This document shows positions 59,581 through 64,000 of a stretch of 64,000 nucleotides of DNA, piece by piece. The first letter of the stretch is position 1, and the number at the start of each line of letters is the position of its first letter. The position numbers and the translations under genes were made by a program. Location: the IMG/VR virus record IMGVR_UViG_3300003690_003063, positions 1 to 64,000 of that record; one strand, written 5' to 3'. The notes beneath the pieces are model-generated. The model was not told the DNA's origin, did no database searches, and saw only the letters and a list, made by a program, of their open reading frames with translations. Source of the DNA: a virus.

Positions 59581-60023
59581 AAAAGTCAGAATTGAAAAAG
59601 ATTCTTAAACCTCTCATAACTGAATGTATAAAAGAATCGCTCCTTGAGGACGGCCTTATTGTGGGCATCGTAAGCGAGGTTGTAAAAAGTATGGGAGTCT
59701 CCGCACCAGTTACTAAAAGAGTACCGCCTCAAGCAGACCCCCTAAAAGAACGAATGAAGCGAAATGCCTTTAGTAAAGAACAGACAGTGAAACTCCGAGA
59801 GCATAAAAAGAAATTAATGACAGCTATCGGAGGGGGTGCTTATAACGGAGTGGATCTGTTTGAAGGGACAACCCCAGCCCAGGCCCAGAAGTCTGGCACC
59901 CATCAGGCAACCCCCCTATCAGGACAAGAGTCGACAGATGCTGGTGTTGATATTAGTAATTTATTTGGTGCGGTAGGCCCCGCGTGGGGCGCTCATATGA
60001 ATGATGTTAGAGAAGGAAAGTAG
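59577..60023 (+). CDS. Hypothetical protein (MKKSELKKILKPLITECIKE)
   Basis: ATGA overlap; 148 aa. Confidence 0.65.
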   Translation: MKKSELKKILKPLITECIKESLLEDGLIVGIVSEVVKSMGVSAPVTKRVPPQADPLKERMKRNAFSKEQTVKLREHKKKLMTAIGGGAYNGVDLFEGTTPAQAQKSGTHQATPLSGQESTDAGVDISNLFGAVGPAWGAHMNDVREGK

Positions 60024-60030
60024 GTATATT

Positions 60031-60252
60031 GTGGCACTAAATGTGAAAGTTGAATTGAGAAGAGGCGAATCCTCCGAGAGACTGATACGTAGGTTTATTA
60101 AGAAGTGTAAAAAAGAAAAAATCATAGAAAAATACAGGGAGCGTACAGGCTATTATGTTAAGCCTTCGGTAAGAAGGAAATTAAAACGCCAGAAAGCAGC
60201 GCGCGCCAGGAAGCAGAACACAGTAAAAATTAACAAGAAATTGTTTAGATGA
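60031..60252 (+). CDS. rpsU: Phage-encoded ribosomal protein bS21 homolog
   Basis: VKVELRRGESSERLIRRFIKKCKKEKIIEKYRER..YYVKPSVRRKLKRQKA matches the bS21 pattern; GTG start inferred. Confidence 0.8.
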   Translation: MALNVKVELRRGESSERLIRRFIKKCKKEKIIEKYRERTGYYVKPSVRRKLKRQKAARARKQNTVKINKKLFR

Positions 60253-60369
60253 AAATCCCCTGGTTGCGTGCTATTTAGTACGATATTCTTTATCTAGTAC
60301 TGGGGTGTTTACAAATGAGCCAACAATTAGGTTATATCTACACTAGTTTAATTAGGAGAGATTCCTAAA

Positions 60370-61527
60370 ATGGCTGATCCCACAAATAAATGGTCACAAC
60401 CGGCCGCCCCTCCGGCTCCAATGTTTTTTGGAGCCAAGGAGCGCGAACTTGTAAAGCAAGTTAATGATGAATTGGCTGAACGCGTTATAGGGCAGGCGAT
60501 CGCCTACTATCCTATAAGCGTTGAGGAATCAAATTTTAATGATATTTACGGTGAAGCGCTGGAAAAGGTGTCCCTACCGCCGATCCGTGTATATGCCTAT
60601 GTGGTGGTCGAAAACGAGCAAGCTAATGAAAAATATGGCTACGATTACACTACTAAATTAACTGTTAATTTTCATCGCAAGCGATTAACGGGAGATCAAG
60701 ATCTATTTGTTCGAGTTGGAGATTTTGTACAATATGGCGATTTCTTTTATGAGATAGTTCGTACCTATAATGATACACGTTACTATTTCGGCCAGGTAGA
60801 ACATAAATTTCAAATTAGCGCCGAGTGCGTCCGCGCGCGAGAGGGCGTTTTTCGCGTGGAACCATCTCTTACGCGTCCCGTTCCCACGTCTGCGTCAGCT
60901 ACTCAATCTACGACCCCCGCACCCCGTGCCGCCCCTTATCCGCCCCTCCAGGCTTCATATGTTACTATCCTGGCCGACACAAAATTGCCAAACGAGCGCG
61001 TTCTGACGGCGGGTCTCGGTATTTCTATTACTGATGGAGGCCCAAATGGGTCTGTTACTGTTGCTACTAGTGTCACATCTTCAACTAGTGATATTAACTA
61101 TCCTATTGTATTCACCGAAGGTTTTCAAACCGATGGGACACTAGGATTAGGCGGGAACACAGCGCTAGTTTATAATCCAAATGATGCGATATTGTCCAGT
61201 TCTGCCGGCGCGCAATTTGTGGGGGCCACTATTCTTGGAAACACCTTAAGTGTTAGTGGTAACGTGAGTATTGGTACCTCAGCGCCTACGGCCCCGTTGA
61301 CTGTTCAGGGCAACGTTGATATTACGGGAAGTATTTTACCCGGCGCGGACGATACATATGATCTTGGGGCGGCCGCTTACCGGTGGGACAATCTTTATGT
61401 AACTGACTTACATTTGGCAAATGAGCGCGGAGATTGGACCATGATTGAGGAACATAATTATTTAACTATCAGGAACAATAAGAGCGGAAAGCGGTTTAAG
61501 CTCCTGATGGAGGAAATTGAAGACTAA
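60370..61527 (+). CDS. Neck/head-completion (gp14-like) domain fused to a fibre-like C-terminus
   Basis: YYPIS...DIYGE, VGDFV, YFGQ in N-half; ILPGADDTYDLG..RW.NLY.TDLHL.NERGDWT in C-half; AGGAG SD. Confidence 0.55.
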   Translation: MADPTNKWSQPAAPPAPMFFGAKERELVKQVNDELAERVIGQAIAYYPISVEESNFNDIYGEALEKVSLPPIRVYAYVVVENEQANEKYGYDYTTKLTVNFHRKRLTGDQDLFVRVGDFVQYGDFFYEIVRTYNDTRYYFGQVEHKFQISAECVRAREGVFRVEPSLTRPVPTSASATQSTTPAPRAAPYPPLQASYVTILADTKLPNERVLTAGLGISITDGGPNGSVTVATSVTSSTSDINYPIVFTEGFQTDGTLGLGGNTALVYNPNDAILSSSAGAQFVGATILGNTLSVSGNVSIGTSAPTAPLTVQGNVDITGSILPGADDTYDLGAAAYRWDNLYVTDLHLANERGDWTMIEEHNYLTIRNNKSGKRFKLLMEEIED

Positions 61528-62813
61528 TGCCTATTATTATTAGTGGTTCTGATGGTCTCACAATTATTAGTGGCTCCAATATTGTAGTAAGTGGTTCCGG
61601 TGGCGTAACAACTCTTAGTGGCTCGGGGGTGATCACCAGTGGTTCAGGCGGTACCATACTAACTGTAACTGGTTCGAATCTTGATCCGACTTCGGGTAGT
61701 GTCGGTATTAATACTAGTGCATCGGTCACAACAACGTTGGATATAATCACGCCGCACACGGGGGGAATTAGAATACTCACGGGGAGTTCCGCTGGTGTGG
61801 CAGGCATGGGCCTTATCATTGGCGCCGCCGCGGCAAGGGCCGTTGACCCGGGCTATCATGGAATAAAGACAACTGCTCATGGCGCAAATGATTTTATGCT
61901 CCTCTCGAACGGTTCTGATACGCTTCTTTCCGCCAAAGATGCCAGCTCGGTCTACATCGTTGGAGGCGGCTACAATACCAACAACATGATCACGGTGTAT
62001 GATCCTGATGTTACGTCGCGGATAGATTTCACCCTAGCGGCGGGCACCGGTACGGCGGCGTTTAACGGCCATGTCAGCGGAAATGCGACGCTTCAAGCAG
62101 TGGGTGCCACCACACTTGGAAGCACCCTGGCAGTTTCCGGCTCTACAACATTAGCTGGAGCGCTTTCCTCCTCGGCCGCCGCTGTCTTCGTTCAGTCAAT
62201 ATCCTCTTCAGGTGATTTGGCCGTAACGGGTAATGTGCATGGAACCATATTCTATGGGTCCGCCGCGGGCCTAACGGGCATCAGCTCTGATGCGGTCGAT
62301 GTTACAAGTTCTACGGCCAATATTAATTATCCTATCGTTTTCACAGAAGGGTTTCAAGCTGATGGCACTTTGGGGTTAGGCGGCAACAGTAGTTTAACGT
62401 ACAATCCTTCAGCTCCCACTCCTATGCTTTCTAGTTCTGTGGGACTCCAGTTTGTGGGCGCCGCTATCCTGGGAAACACTCTAAAAGTTTCTGGAAGCAC
62501 GACTTTTGCGGCCGGTATTACCCATAACAGAACCGCCATTACAGCAACGACCTATACGATTCTTGTAACAGACTATTATATAGGAGTGGATACTAGTTCT
62601 AACGCTGTCACTTTAACATTGCCAGTCGCTGCCACAGCCGGCGATGGTAAAACCTATATTATTAAAGATGAAGGTGCAAATGCAAGTTCTAACAATATAA
62701 CAGTTCAGGGGGATGGTTCAGAAACAATCGATGGGGACGCTTCACAGGTAATGACCTCCCCTTACGGATCTATCGGGGTCTATAGTGATGGCTCGAATTG
62801 GTTTGTATATTAG
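61527..62813 (+). CDS. Fibre-like virion protein, Ser/Gly/Thr-rich
   Basis: Repeated (I/V)SGS; C-terminal DYYIGVD...TLTLP...IIKDEG...ETIDG...YSDGSNWF. Confidence 0.65.
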   Translation: MPIIISGSDGLTIISGSNIVVSGSGGVTTLSGSGVITSGSGGTILTVTGSNLDPTSGSVGINTSASVTTTLDIITPHTGGIRILTGSSAGVAGMGLIIGAAAARAVDPGYHGIKTTAHGANDFMLLSNGSDTLLSAKDASSVYIVGGGYNTNNMITVYDPDVTSRIDFTLAAGTGTAAFNGHVSGNATLQAVGATTLGSTLAVSGSTTLAGALSSSAAAVFVQSISSSGDLAVTGNVHGTIFYGSAAGLTGISSDAVDVTSSTANINYPIVFTEGFQADGTLGLGGNSSLTYNPSAPTPMLSSSVGLQFVGAAILGNTLKVSGSTTFAAGITHNRTAITATTYTILVTDYYIGVDTSSNAVTLTLPVAATAGDGKTYIIKDEGANASSNNITVQGDGSETIDGDASQVMTSPYGSIGVYSDGSNWFVY

Positions 62814-62972
62814 TTAAATTAAATACGTCTTTTTTTACTTATACGTCCTATATGTAATAGAGACGGAAGTGGGTATTAATATATATTTTGCTCCTTCAGA
62901 TTGTGTATAATCATTTAATTTGTGTTTATTGAGTTTTTCACCCGTTTTGCCATAATATAGGAGGATTTTAAA

Positions 62973-64000
62973 ATGGCATATAATATTTTTTCGGGATTGG
63001 TCCAGGTCAGTGGAGCGGTGTCGTCTTCAGCGGGAGACACAGCATGGGTCTTGGCTTCATCCCTCAGTTCATCCGGTGATCTTGCGATCAGCGGTGCATT
63101 TCACGGTGATGGGCAGTATCTGGCTAACATCGCATCTATAGGTTCTACGAGTGATACTCAGGTTCTGTTTAACAGTAGTGATTCCGTTGCCGGCAGCGCC
63201 AATTTCATTTTCACCGATACGATGGTCAAACTCAATACCGGAGTTGGTCTAAATGTAGGCGGGAAGACCTGGCTCACCGGTGCTTTGGACGTTGATGGTG
63301 CAACTACCCTCAATGGTGCTGTAACTCTTGGTGACGCTCAGACTGATATTACAACGGTGACCGGTCGACTGACGGCATCCGCTGGTCTTGAGATTGGTTC
63401 AGGCGGCACTCTGGAATTTGCCGGGAGTGCGGTCATTGATGCAACCAACGGATCTTCTCAAGGCAATTATGTGTCCATGAAGGATGACTTGGCCGCGGCC
63501 TGGGGTTTTTACGAAAGTAGCAATTCTTACCTCGAATTTGTGACCACCGACGACAAGGAGAAGATTTCTGCTCAGAAACGCCTCGAAGTAACTGGAGCTT
63601 TCAATGTTTCTGGGATTGTCACTTTAGATGCTGCTGTAACTCTTGGTAATGGCACCGGCGACGATATTACCATTACTGGTCGTATTGCGGCCGATGTTGA
63701 TCCAAAGACAACCAACACTTATGACCTTGGAGCGTCCGGATTGGTGTATAAAGACATCTGGGTTACCGCAGTCAGTGCAAGTTCACTGAATGCAACAGGG
63801 CCTCTTGACGTTGATGGTGATACTACCCTCAATGGTGATGTAACTCTTGGTGACGCTTCTGGCGACGATGTTAAGGTTTCGGGACACTTGGAAATAAATG
63901 CGGGTCAGTCGTGGACTGTTAGCTCGTCTGGACCGGACTATACCTTAACTGAGGCTATGTGTGTCCTGCTAGATGTGTCTAGTAGTAACTCTACCATTAC
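62973..64000 (+). CDS. Fibre-like virion protein, 3' truncated by the window edge (not in ORF track)
   Basis: AGGAGG SD; MAYNIFSGLVQVSGAVSSS...; internal repeat LDVDG.TTLNG.VTLGDA at about 63279 and 63798. Confidence 0.7.
   Translation, partial: MAYNIFSGLVQVSGAVSSSAGDTAWVLASSLSSSGDLAISGAFHGDGQYLANIASIGSTSDTQVLFNSSDSVAGSANFIFTDTMVKLNTGVGLNVGGKTWLTGALDVDGATTLNGAVTLGDAQTDITTVTGRLTASAGLEIGSGGTLEFAGSAVIDATNGSSQGNYVSMKDDLAAAWGFYESSNSYLEFVTTDDKEKISAQKRLEVTGAFNVSGIVTLDAAVTLGNGTGDDITITGRIAADVDPKTTNTYDLGASGLVYKDIWVTAVSASSLNATGPLDVDGDTTLNGDVTLGDASGDDVKVSGHLEINAGQSWTVSSSGPDYTLTEAMCVLLDVSSSNSTI

Noticed and set aside
618-60031. ORF-track starts at 618, 1280, 42397, 43267, 56275, 56850 and 60001
   Set aside because: Downstream starts (660, 1340, 42436, 43306, 56365, 56892, 60031) fit better with SD position, gene overlaps and motif or leader boundaries.
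483-62539. Numerous minus-strand and nested plus-strand ORFs in the ORF track
   Set aside because: They overlap longer, motif-bearing + strand genes and show no recognisable motifs; treated as shadow ORFs.
1-64000. Alternative genetic code, tRNA or rRNA genes
   Set aside because: Genes are intact and densely packed under the standard code with TAA, TGA and TAG all used as stops; no tRNA- or rRNA-like sequence was recognised in the short gaps.

Overview
A 64-kb segment of a large T4-like myovirus (jumbo-phage-type) genome. Every credible gene is on the + strand, uses the standard code, and many are translationally coupled. Gene order: (1) end of a nucleotide-sugar cluster (split HldE/RfaE-type heptose kinase and nucleotidyltransferase, HAD phosphatase, cupin); (2) a phage sigma factor; (3) a long tail/baseplate block (M15 peptidase protein, spike-like protein, gp25, gp6, a 3580-aa LamG protein, a 1496-aa protein ending in two tandem Hint domains); (4) RuvC-like resolvase, primase, a run of small genes sharing one N-terminal leader, and a fused Mre11-Rad50 (SbcD-SbcC); (5) a putative lysis trio; (6) terminase, portal and prohead protease; (7) a phage ribosomal protein bS21; (8) neck and fibre genes running off the right edge. 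The most interesting signals are a family of unrelated proteins carrying shared N-terminal leaders ending in Glu (candidate capsid-targeting, protease-matured cargo system, one member with a pre-toxin TG domain), a dense [S/T]-[G/A/S]-S motif in likely outer virion proteins in a genome that also carries ADP-heptose-type genes (candidate virion glycosylation), and the tandem non-canonical Hint domains. All product calls come from motifs recognised by eye; no database search was run.
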